This document shows, in pieces, positions 24,801 to 36,822 of a stretch of 64,000 bases of DNA. Under the pieces are notes generated by a model that worked only from the letters and a program-made list of their open reading frames with translations, made no database searches and was not told where the DNA came from. The DNA lies in assembly GCA_051362555.1 (NCBI GenBank), contig CM120641.1:4712001-4776000 (forward strand). Direction: 5' to 3'. This DNA is from Lingula anatina. Taxonomy: Eukaryota > Animalia > Brachiopoda. The position numbers were made by a program, and so were the translations under genes. Positions within the stretch are counted from its first letter, which is position 1, and each line of letters begins with the position of its first letter.

Positions 24801-27800
24801 TTGAAGTCCTAATTAGTTATCTAATTAATTTCATTATTTTGAAGCCTAATCCCCGGAGACTGGCGTGCATGCGCGAATTAGCAAGGGATGATTCGTAAGA
24901 AATCGACAAGTTGGCAATAAATCGTAATGAATTTGCTGGCTTGACATGGTTAATTTCAGCATCCTAGATATAATGAAAGACGTGAAGTGAAGCTCACTGT
25001 GTGTGTATGTGTGTTTGTGTTGGAAAAATAAATGTTCTTTTTTGTCAATTCATAGTAGTTTTCATTTAATAATTTGAAAAAAAACTCAAGAAGTAAACAA
25101 CAGTTACGCCCAAAGTTTAATTGATTATTGGTTATTAACCTGCGCGCCATAGCACACTGAAGAATCTTTCTGCATGTAGTGCTACATCTAAAATAACTTA
25201 AAAGGTCGTTGTACTTGTAGCTGCATTTTGAAGAATGGCTTTAAATAATATGAGAAAAAGGTCAATGGAATTTTTTATTGCTATTTTAAAAGTGACTTTT
25301 TCTACCACAGTTCTTAACCAGTGCCCACACCCTCTCTCTCTCTCTCTCTCTCTCTCATCATCATAAAGATCTACTATCACTTGAAATGATTCACGTATAA
25401 ACAAATTCAAAAGCGATACCTTTCTTTTATCGTATCCCAATATTCAATGTTTTTGAAGTCACATTCTACACAATGGCCGCCCGCGCGATATTCATGAAAA
25501 ATCATTTTTCGCTTTGATAGATAAAACCCATATCTGCTTTATATCACTGTTAGGATAATAGACATTTTTCAATGTGCATCCAATAAGCCCTTGATCATCT
25601 CTTTATTACCTCGAACAATTCTCGGGCAAACCAAGAAAAAACTTAATTGAATGCATGAAATACGAGCTTGTAGCTTTTGTGGAGATTTTAATTAACGCTA
25701 TATTCTGTTTCTAGACAAATGCAACTCCGAGATAATTGGCTAATCATTGATTCTACTTCGTGATTCCTCGCCAAATCTCCCGCACTCCGTATTGTATTTC
25801 GTCCTTGATTTTAATGGCGCTTTTTCGTCACGACACTGGTGATTTTTTTTTCTTCTGCGAGGATCAGGCGCATATATTGCCTTAAGGACTTTGGCACGCT
25901 TTAAACATCACATGATATTGCGTTTTTATTATTATGGCAATGACTTGAGTCAACATCTTTGTCGGTGATTATTAAGTTAACATTTAAGAAATATTTATCA
26001 CAATGTAACTTCATCTGCACAAATGACACAAAGTCGTGACCACAGGTTAGACTAAACGTCTTGGTTTTTCTCTCTGATTTTTTTTTTCAACTATAAGTTT
26101 TGGTCTTCCCTTTTTTAACTATTGGTTTTTAATATTTTTGTGTGATATATTTATCTGTTATTCTATAGATGCCACAAGTTATTAAGATGACTTGTGCGTT
26201 ACCAGGGTATCTCACCGCAAGGTTCAGAGGTCGTTTTCATAAATGGAATAATTGTGGTTTAATATTGTTGGACCCTGAAATGCACACTTATGGAATTAAA
26301 AATGCATAAATAAGACGCTTCGAAAACACGAGTTCAAGAAGCGCTCTGTAAATATAAAATCTGATTAGTATCATTTTTGATAACTGATTTCTTAAATCTA
26401 TAATTGCGAGAAAGACAATCTAACTTGAACTGAAAGATGCGTTCTGTTGAAATCATATACCTGGTGATCTACCTGTCTCAATCTCTCTATAACTGCGGAG
26501 AGTTTGTGAAGGAAACCAGTGTTTTGACAAAGAAATAGAGTAAATAGGGCAGAATTAGGCAAGAAACCTACAGCGGAGACTAGCAATCCCCGCAGGCAGA
26601 GGTTAGCTGCTGAAGCGTCAGGTAGGCGATCTGTTGCCAATTATTTCGATCCTGTAGACTACTAACAAGCTAGTTGCCTACCTACATTAGTCCTAACCTT
26701 CTTCAAGATCTTCATGATTAAGTCCGACATTCGTGAGCAACCATTACAAAAAACAACATGCTTAATCGTTAGGGCTGAAACCCGAGATAGGTAGTTACTT
26801 AATGAAAGACACTTGGCGGAAATGTTGAAGTATTTTTCCCTCTCTTTCTCTCTCTCTCTCTCTCTTTTTTTTTTTTTTTTTTCTATATTGGAGGTTTGGA
26901 TTACACCGTTTTGGGATCCTTGCACTTATTTGTATTTCTAAATATATCGGGTATGAAAGTGAATTATGTGAAAAACTGATATCACTATTTTCTATTCATG
27001 TATATTTATCTTAAACACAACAGTGCGTGGAGTACGATTCAACTATTACTGGTCTCAGCATTGCTGTTTTTTCTCTTGTATATAAGGCATACGTATAGAT
27101 ATTGATTTGAATTATGATTTCCAGCTCGGAACATAAATATAGTGCCATCTGGCATTCCTGGCGAATGTCGTTTATTATTTCTGCATCTGCATAGAAGCTA
27201 ATTCTATGACACCTTCCCCACAGGTTGGTCCTTTTTTTTCCAAAGGTCTTTTAAGTTCAAATAGACGCTCAACTCGTGATTTTTCTTTTAGATCTCATGT
27301 TAATCAAACCCATGATTAAATGAACCGTCATTATAATAAAGCCATTTACTTAATCATAGGTTTGGTTTCAAAACCGAAGAGCAAAATGGCGTAAAACGGA
27401 GAAGACGTGGGGTCGGAGCAGCATTATGGCGGAGTACGGATTGTACGGCGCCATGGTCAGGCACTCCCTACCGCTACCTGATTCTATTCTCAAGTCAGCG
27501 AAAGAGGGAGTGATTGATTCGTGTGCGCCATGGCTTCTGAGTAAGTTATAAAACAACTACATATTAGTCTCTCTCTCTCTCTCTCTCATTAACACATTAT
27601 GACCAATATTATAAAAACCCTTTCTCTGTACCACTAATAGGTTCTTTGGTCGACCCCTTAAATTCGATTAAAATTAGGTTAAAACCCAGACCTTGTTGTA
27701 CATATTTGATTTGAATAGAACCAGATACCATAACTAAGCATATTAGATTTTAAGTCGGTCCCAAAGTTCCGCCTCCGCCCCCTTTATTTTCTCATCCATG

Positions 27801-28790
27801 TCTCTTGAAGCCTTAATGAACTGATACATTTTGGTAGCTTAAACAAGAATGATCTTTAAAAAACTATTGTTCAAACTAAATGCAAGGTAAGTCGGCTACA
27901 TCTGAGCTTGGACGAACATTGAGATCAGCCGCTCCCGCTTACTGTGTCATCAGTCTTTCTCAGGTAACTAGGGACACTGAAATAAAAAAAACACTCAGTT
28001 TGGCAATCACCCTATCTGCTTGAGCCGAAATTCCGTAGTTAGATGTGTGAAAACTACCAAATTTCACAGACACACACACACCTGGTTATCGACGTTTTTT
28101 TTATCGCAGATAATATACCACCACACTGGGCGGAGCAGTTGCTATATTTCAATTCTGACTAACCGGCTGTGATGAACGTCCGTTTGATCATGACTAATTT
28201 CATTATGTGAATTATGAGTAAATAGCTTGCCGGGCAGATTAGACCTTAATGTCTGGCCGTAGGCTACGTGCGAACTCTTATTATATATTCATTTCAAATG
28301 CTGATCTTTTTGTGTGTGTTTGTGAGAGTTCTTAGCAAAGTTGAAATTTAAAAGTTGGGCTTTTATCTTAACGGTAGGTATGCACAAAAAGTCGATCGAA
28401 GCGGCAGAGAAAATGAAAGAGGTGGAAGAACGTGAAGTAAGATGTGATTCTGCTAGTCCCCAGAGCAACATGCGAGAAGAGTCCGTGGGCAGCCCAGGGC
28501 CGGAGCTTCCCGCAGGAGCCTCGTCAGCAAAGAAAAACATAGCCGATTTTCGCTCTGAAAGCATTAAGAGTCTCAGAGCAAAGGCACAAGAACATAGCGC
28601 AAAAATGCGAGAAGCCATCGGAGAGCGTGGCCCTGAAAAGGGCGGACTTGGTAGCAACCATGGAAGTCAGGATCTCAACTCCAGTGGTCAGAGCAGTTCA
28701 AGTGGAAGTGACGACAACGGATGCGATTCTCGTAATAGCAGCCCTGTTGACGTCTGTTTATGTGATAACATGCCTGTTACAAATGCCTAA
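11844..28790 (+). CDS. Vsx: Visual system homeobox (Vsx/Chx10/ceh-10 family) paralogue A, 5 exons, 412 aa
   Basis: Exons 11844-12279, 19354-19438, 22916-23039, 27360-27540, 28378-28790 (1239 nt, in frame). eh1/octapeptide [11 protein letters not shown]; Q50 paired-like homeodomain [59 protein letters not shown]; CVC domain [24 protein letters not shown]...CAPWLLSMHKKS; OAR motif [18 protein letters not shown]. Confidence 0.95.
15805..15833. repeat. (CT)n microsatellite
   Basis: Direct observation, intron 1 of Vsx A. Confidence 0.85.
21472..21500. mobile_element. 29-bp perfect-palindrome P-element-like MITE
   Basis: CAAGGAGTTATAAC-A-GTTATAACTCCTTG flanked on both sides by CTTTCAG (7-bp TSD). 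Confidence 0.7.
21542..21746. mobile_element. Degraded CAGG-TIR MITE
   Basis: CAGGGGGTTCCAGGGA...CTTGGCAATACGCCTG ends and two internal AAGGTCCAC motifs; TSD not clear. Confidence 0.3.
22219..22288. repeat. Two 35-bp direct repeats, each an internal hairpin
   Basis: CACTGGATTAAGAACAGTCCAGTAAAGAACGCCTA / CACTGGATTAAGAAGTGTCCAGTTAAGAACACCTC; stem ACTGGA...TCCAGT. Confidence 0.8.
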
Positions 28791-31700
28791 TGATGGTATT
28801 TTATTATCAATTATGAAGAAAAAAGTTTTGCTGTTTTAGAGGTTGCCTTGATAATGTTAATTTTGATTAGAACTTTGTGAGTTGAATCATGCTGCTGCAC
28901 TAAACATACGCAATTTCCGCATTTGTATTAGCCTGTACATTGCAATAATTTTAAATTGTGAAAATACTTCAAGCTATCAGTTATGAAGAAAAGAAGCAAA
29001 ATCATGATGGAAAGAAAATTCATTCAAACTACCTAACAGAACTTGTTTGGATTAAGAATCTCTTCACTTGCATTACAAAGATTTAAGTTGTTATATGTAT
29101 GAATGGTGTATCTAATCTTTTGTAGGTTTCACAAGAATGCAAACGTTATCATTTAACTACTGGTTATTGTAATTTTATCGTTTTATTTTTGTTTATTGTA
29201 TATTTATTGTTTATTGGGTTTTTTTTAGTTTTTAAGTATGATCATAAAGAATTGCTCCCAGTTGTTAACACAGAATATGTTAGTTTCTTTAATGTGTTTA
29301 ACGAAGTTCAATATTGATATATGGGTGTTTTATTACTTTTTGACTTGACTGAGATGTTAGACGATATATATTTATTGCAGCTATTCCTAAATCAACGTTG
29401 TCGGTAAGTACCGTATAAGGCACACATTGTCTCAAAAGCTATTATTTTTCAATTGCCAAAAAGAAAAAAACACTTTACAAACTGTTCTATCGTTTGCTTT
29501 TCAGTGTGAGCTTAATGTCTTTGTTACCAATCTGACTAAGAAAATACAAATGATGTTCAAACTTGATAAATGATTTCTTGGATCTGTTTGGTGGGTTTGT
29601 GCTTAGAGGGACATGTATTGAAATATAAAGTAGAATAAAATTAGGCAGGCCGTGGATGCGTGGTGTCTTGACAACTTGAATCTCCACCTGGTGTGGGACT
29701 TTGCGTTCTTTCTTTCTTTTTTATCAATTATTCAATTAATTAGTACCAGCACGTTTTATAGTGAATACAGCTGTTTACCATTTGATATTGTTCGTTATAA
29801 CGCATGCCCGAGTAAATAAACACAAAATTGTGGCCTGTATTTTATTAGCTCATTTTCTATTTAATATCGAACTGTTGTACATATATATATACATAAAATG
29901 AGTAACATTGTACATATTCTATACTATTTTGTTTTAAATAAAATATTTATTTTATGAATGTTTTTTATCAACATGTTAGTTATCGAAGATATTGTAAGGT
30001 GAGTCTTACTGAAAGGTGGATGTAAATGTACTGTGGAAAAGTGGTGAAAATCATTTGTGTAATAAAAGATGTAAAACCCAAGTCTTCGTTGTAACTTTTT
30101 TAATGAACTATGTGGACTATATGTAAGGTTTTGGAGGTGAGATATAAGAGCATATAATACCAATGAACATTGGTTTGGGTCATTTTTGTCTAGGAGTATT
30201 AAATCGGTTACTTTACATTTGTTTTTGAAAAAGAAGCATGTTGTCTTAATTTTTGTCAATATTCAACCTATAATTTGAAAAAGAGAAATAATATTTGAGC
30301 GTTTTCAGTTATCAAGCCAAAGTATTGTGAAGTCTATACATGTGTCTGAGAACCCTAAACCTTTTACACGGTGACCTGCCATTTTAAACCAGTCAAAACA
30401 AAACAACAATTTACGCAATATTTTCCGTAAATATTCAACCCAATTTTAGATAAGATTTGTAACAACAAGCAGAATCCCCGGGGAAGCGCACAGCTTGTTA
30501 ATTAATGGTTTTCGGAACATATGGGCTCTGCCTTTCGCGCGCCTTATGGCTCGTGCAACCCGAGATTAAGTCATGTTTTATCGGTCTGTTGCATACATTC
30601 TTTTTCCACGCCGCTGCGTTTACTGTATGCAGCCGATATAGTCAGAATGCAAGCACCGTACACGTACATTGTTCATTACCGACACAAGCATATGCGAAAA
30701 TTGGCAGTTGATCATGAATGACAAAAATGTGCAATTTTTGTTTTCAGGGTTAATTCAGTAACTTAAACTACCGTAGAGCCAAGCCAAATTGTTAAAATTG
30801 GGCAACCTTTTCGACACAACTTTTTAAATTGTTTTAATTTAAAAGGGAAAAAAAATCAAATTTCAGCTCATATATTTAATCACCATTCCCTGATATTACA
30901 TGTAGTTAGCCGTGTGGTAGATAGTCACCCGAAGTTGGCAAATAAGTGACAATAAAATGACAGTAATATAATCATTGATGACTTTTTACAAAGGTATTAG
31001 AATTTATGATTATTTCAAGGTGAATCTGAATTCTACAAATTTGCTTGTATTTTATTTTGTGATTGGATTACATTTTCCGATCGCATATGAACGCCCAATA
31101 ACTCCATTTATCAAAATCCTCTTTGTTTTTGTTTCCATGGAGACAAGACTTAGGACTATAGAACCAAATGTTCGCCAATTTTTTTCAAAATTTCTTAGAA
31201 TTTTCAAGGTAATTGCCAGGTTTCTAGGCCCAAAATTACGCAAGCGAGGAAAAAACAGCAGCAAAGGTAGTTATTAACTTTTGGCAGGTGCTTTGGCAGT
31301 TTCTTTGACTGACACATTCTTCACCAACTTTCGCATCTTTATAAACACTGTCTTAATTCAAGCCTCCTGGAACCACCGGCAATATTTCCTTGAAAAGCCT
31401 CCCCACCTGCACAAATAACCCGTCCAAATAAGCTACATTAGGCGCATTCAGTTTTCATAAGATAACCCGATAGTCAGTTTAATTGGGCTGTAGCGTTTGC
31501 ACAAAATTTGCTAAATTGGATCATTACAAAAGACTGAGGTACGGGTGGTGGTGGACAGCGCTCGTCTTGTTGCTCAGAGTGTATATTTTCCAGGCACATA
31601 GACTAGGGGACCTCAGTTAAATCTCAAATGGGTGGCTCAGTTTCAGCAGTAACATGAAACTTTACAGTATTTCTTCAATAAAAAATATGATAACAAAAAA

Positions 31701-33378
31701 ATCAGAGAGGGTGAACAGATGTAGAGAGCTGGGGCAGTTTTTTCCCTGTCTGACGTAAACCGTAGAGTTCCCATCATTTTTTGCCTCTAATCCATTTCCA
31801 ACATAAGTCAGATCCTGCTGATGGAGTTTCAAACCAATATTGTAATACAATGATGTTTGGTCAAATGGTATTTTTGTCCATTTTGTATTTCATTCACGTA
31901 CGTCTCTTAGACTGTTTTCGGCTACCCAACAACAACCAAACATTTGATATGACACACTGATATTTGATTAAGATCTGTTGAATTAATACATTTTCTGTAC
32001 TTCATTTTTTTCGAACAGTTATAGTTATCAAAATGTAAGACTGAACATAAATATTTAAGTAAGAAATGTCTAAATTACATGTTCTGTTTATAAAATCTGG
32101 CATTTGTGACGGGCGAAACTTTCACTATCAAACCCGCGAAAAAGCTGTCTCACAGTTTGTGACAGGTATTCGCATTCGTGCTGGAACTAGCCGAAAATAT
32201 TTCATCACCTGCACGTTTTCTTAGAAGTCAATAGAGAAGGATGAAAGGCTGATCCCGTGTGCGATTGGGAAGGGGTCTAATTTATGTCACATCATTGTAT
32301 TCCTCCGCAGGGAGTTTTGTATCCCTCCACGGGAGTCGCAATTAAGCTTCATACTGAGTGTTGTATGCATCTTGAAAGGAGTGTCAGAAAGAAAAGATTT
32401 GACATCTAAAATGGTAATTAGGAGGCTAAAGATTCCAATTAAGATGTGTTTATCCCATCGTGTTTTGTACTCCTAAAGTGATCGTGAATTATATCTCTAC
32501 AATGGATACAATAGTGGGAAAGTGAAGCAATTAGGTGGAAAAGGGGTCTCACATGTAGAGAGCGGGTGTGAAAACTTTAATCAGGCAGTAATCCGTATCG
32601 TTAAACTGTCTACAGCTGGTTTTTACATTCTAGAGAAATGAATGAATAACGCTATTTGACATGTGCATCAAACCAGACTTTTTTCTTTTCTCTTTCTTTC
32701 TTTCTTTTTGGAGCGTAGGGGCGGGGAAGAAGGGGGTGTATTAGTGAAAAAAGAAAGAAAAACTTGCTCAATGTATTCCTTATCACGGCAGATATGAGTT
32801 CTTACTCATGCTATTTTGACTCAGATCGAGGCTGGGAGATATCTCATTAAAAGTAACAACACGGTGTGTGTCAAAGTATTTCTTTTTTACGTACGAGAAG
32901 CAACAAGAAGCTTTGAAGATAAATTCCCAACTTAATACAAGTCTGTTTGTTTTCAAAAATACCACTAGCTAAGCCTGTAGGTACCGTTACCTAATTTCGA
33001 TAACGTCGATAATTCCGTGAATCACAGTGTATCGCCCCCGTAACGTGCCCCTGGCCTTTAAATAATTGTTCGATCGCTAGACAGTCATCGCTAGGGTCAT
33101 TCATTCATTTTGCATTTAAATGGATAAATGCAACAATTGTAATACAAAACTATTCACTAGTTTAAAACTTTTCAAAATGTCGTAAACATATCCTCGCTGG
33201 ACGCTTCGTCCTGAGCGCTCAGTCGGAGACTATCCCTACATCATATAATAGGTACCTGTATATCAGCTTTGAGCATTTGATGTACAGTGGCCTAGAAGCA
33301 AGGTTCGGGTTACATACATTCGTTTTTTATATCTATGTAAAATTTATCCCCCCCCCAAAAAAAATCATCAACTGGGAC

Positions 33379-33679
33379 CTAGAAAAGCACCACTAGGGCG
33401 CAGACCTCCGTCAAGGCAGCAAAGTCTCCACTCAATGCCGTTTCATCCCTAAATTTTCATTCTATAATGATTTATTTTTTTATTTTTGATTATTGATTGA
33501 TTATTGGTTGAATAGTGATCCGGATCACCATCAAAAACTAATCACCTGTTCCTTGGCCCACTTCTGACAGTTCCTGAAAATTTCATCAAAATCGTCCATA
33601 ACTTTTTGAGTTATGTTGATGACAGACAGACAGACAAACAAACAAACGGGTGGAAACATAACCTCCTTGGCGGAGGTAA
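33379..33679 (-). mobile_element. Non-autonomous Helentron/HINE element
   Basis: Reverse-strand copy of the 8190-8455 family: CTAGAAAAGCAC...GCGCAGACCTCCGTCAAGG end, GACA/AACA microsatellite, ACCTCCTTGGCGGAGGTAA head. Confidence 0.8.
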
Positions 33680-34078
33680 AAAACAAAAGTTAAAGTTTGA
33701 AATAAAAAAAACGTTGGAGTTTCCTGACACCGTGGGTGTCTTACCTCAAAGTGTTACACAACTGAAGTTTTTTTTAAAGTTAGGATACATATAAAATACT
33801 TGCATAGTATATATTGTTATTGACATAAAACGAATGGTCGCCCATTTGACTTACGTTTTACAAACTTTATTAATATTTTTATTGAATTGACAGGAATCAA
33901 AATAGAAACAGAAATCAACACATTTAAAACGTGATAAATTGTGTTAAAAAATCAAACGGTTTATGTAAATTTTTTTTTGATTGCCTGTGTTTTCAAAGAA
34001 GTTTACTTCGACACGTTAAGATAAAATTTTTGTTGGTGGATTTTTTTTTATTTCTTCATCTTCGCGAGGCGCCCATAA

Positions 34079-34081
<3 letters not shown>

Positions 34082-34126
<45 letters not shown>
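34082..34126. repeat. Poly-A tract (~45 nt)
   Basis: Direct observation; no retro-element body or TSD recognised. Confidence 0.85.
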
Positions 34127-34128
<2 letters not shown>

Positions 34129-36359
34129 CAGGTACTGGTGTAAAATTTATCATCTTATATGAATCTTATATGAATACTTGATATCAGTTTGGTTTTCATA
34201 CCTTGTTGTCTCTATTAGATAAAAAAATTGTTAAAAAACGATCTTGATCTAAGCCCACTCTTTCACTTATAATCAAGTGCACATGTAGTAATATGTATAA
34301 TAGTGCAGCTTTTTCATTCATGAATTTTAGTTTCAAAGGTCAGAAATTGGTTTGTTTGATGAGCTTGATATGGTAATTGGTAGTTCTAGACCCTATTAAC
34401 TTTATATGTACAATATTTTTATATCTCTGCTGATGAATAAACAGAGGTGACAAAGTTTTACTACCATTGTCTTGATTTGAACTGCTTAAAAGCTGTGTTT
34501 GAAATGATTAAACAAACACCTTCTTTGAAGCAAATACAAATCAGTAAGATTCGTGAATTTTGATGCAAGGACAGAACATAGGGTGTAGGTTTAGTTATAT
34601 CTATTAAATCAGCAACAACACAAGGGTTGCGGCATTGACATGTGCATACGCACGTGCATCAGGATCTTTCATATAACCATGGCAGTGTTATTTCTAATGC
34701 ACGACGTAAAGAAAAGTTCAGTTAAGGTAGCGCAAACCGGCAAAAAATTAGTGAATTAATTTACTCCCAGTAGAACGCCACGGACGCGATATGAAAAAAA
34801 TTAAAAACACGACGCCAACGGACAAAGGTATACGGTATATCACGGTGACAAACTACACTTTGGGTAACACTTAATACAAGAGAGATATCGAGAATAATTG
34901 TTACTAGTTGACTTGTCAATGGTTTCTCTTGTCCCTAATACTCACTAATTAAACAATTTTCTTTCTAGTGCGCCTTGTTACACGTGTCATAGCAGAGGTC
35001 ATATATACAGAAAAGAAAATTGTTTCATATAAGATCTTTGCTTGGAGTTGAAGAACGGTTAAGAAACGCTAGTCGGATTTTTTCTATGTTCCCATTTTCT
35101 ATATTCCCTCTTTTGTACGTTTTATTTCATTTCATATAAATCATAGTTCCGATCTATACTTCAGTTATGAAGATAACTGATTCCGCTTACCCAAAGAGAA
35201 CCCAGCAATCAATCAATTTGTTAATCTGTATACACAAGTACAAGATAATGTTTAACAACGTCTTATTTGCCAAAGGAGTAAGATACCCAGACGAGGTCTA
35301 TTCAAGCGCCATCTATCGTCAACAGTCCCTCGCACCACCTGTTTGGGAGCTGGCTCTAGCTCTAGCTCATATTTGGAAGACGATATTCAAAACTCCACTT
35401 TGGAGTAAAAAATAAGAAGACGGCGGCCATCTTAATTTCGAGATGAAGAATGAAATAAATTACAACATTAATAATACGGAATAAATCCGGGTTGACATGA
35501 TAAAAGTTTTGTTTTTTATCACGTGCAAACAAATGCATCAGTGACATAACTTTTTACTGGAGTTGCAGGGAATAAAGAAAGCAACAAGACGCTTGTATAA
35601 TAATAAAGTGTGCCAATATGGCACAATCACAATTGACCATTCACGGAAATGAACCATATGTTCTCAGTGCAAATTTAGTACGAGACAAATTTGAATTGTT
35701 CTTCGGTGAACTGAAAGCAATTAAAATTACAAACAAATTTGGTTCTGTAGCGACGGGCACAGCATGCTTTTTATTTCGCGCATTTAATTCTGTTGTTTGG
35801 ATTAGTTCCTGTTTAAACTTAAAAAAAAGTGTCGTTCCACGATTTTCAATATTTTTAACTAAATTTAAAAAGTTGTATTCAGTACATTAGCGGCGTGAAT
35901 AAAATAGAAAATATGAATTTCGTAAATTTGTTTACGAAAACATTATAACCCTTTTTTGATTGTTTTAGGGCAATTCTTCTCATTCTGATTCATTTTCCTT
36001 TAATCTTTTATCTCTAAAAATGGAGACAGACCTTTTCGACGACGTCGAAACCCAAATGCACAGTTCTCCGTTACACATGATAGAGTTGTCAATGTCGAGC
36101 AGGGTAGTTGCCTTTTATTGTTCAGACATTGGTCACCGTAGGGGTGTGGTCATCATCGGCTCAAGCTGGCCATCCAATGGTCGCCAGCCTCGATAATCCA
36201 TAATACAGATTACTGCCAAGCGGGGCAAAATGCCTAATTTCTCAGTCGGGAAACGGAAAATCGGGAACTAGGATAAACATGGTTGAAGTTATTGGAAGTA
36301 ACTCATGTTGAGCAACCAAACAGCGGGAAATTCGCAGTTCCCGTCAAGTCCCGCAACGT

Positions 36360-36605
36360 TGATTGACAGAACGTGTTCTCGACGAGAGTTTACAATAGGA
36401 CGTTTAATCAAAGGCTCAAACAATGGCTAATTACATGGGACGCGCACGCCATTCGAGGTTCCGCCGGCCAGGTTAGCTGTGTGTTGACGGAGCTAGGAAT
36501 TAGCCGGCACAAAGAAAACAAGGCGCACGTCATTCACGTTACTGGCTATGACAGGGGATTTGCTGAGCAAGAGCATGCTAGTAATTTGACAGTTAGAGTA
36601 TAAGA
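36360..36605 (+). promoter_or_regulatory. Promoter region of Vsx paralogue B
   Basis: TGATTGACAG at 36360-36369, further TGACAG sites (~36549, ~36587), CTAATTA ~36427 and TATA-like TATAAGA 36599-36605, about 220 bp upstream of the ATG. Confidence 0.45.
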
Positions 36606-36822
36606 GGCATCCCCGCTAAATGACATCTTGTTTTGACAGGGAAGACCTGTGGTCAACGCCGAAATAAGAAGTACCACAGGTTAACTGAACTTAAGAACTG
36701 ATCGGGACTGAAGAAAAAAACAACCGACTGAGGCGAGAATTAAATCTGGGTTTCTTATTAAGTTTTGCCAGTTTGTGCAAGACTTTCAAAATTATTTCAT
36801 CCATCTACTTTGCCAAACGAGG

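Noticed and set aside
33379-33679. HINE-mediated origin of the Vsx duplication
   Set aside because: The element copies remain highly similar while the paralogues are deeply diverged, so the insertions postdate the duplication.
34082-34126. Poly-A as a retrocopy tail
   Set aside because: No recognisable upstream SINE/LINE or mRNA body and no TSD.
34722-34980. Possible TTAA-flanked (Kolobok-like) element
   Set aside because: The right-hand inverted repeat is too degenerate to call.
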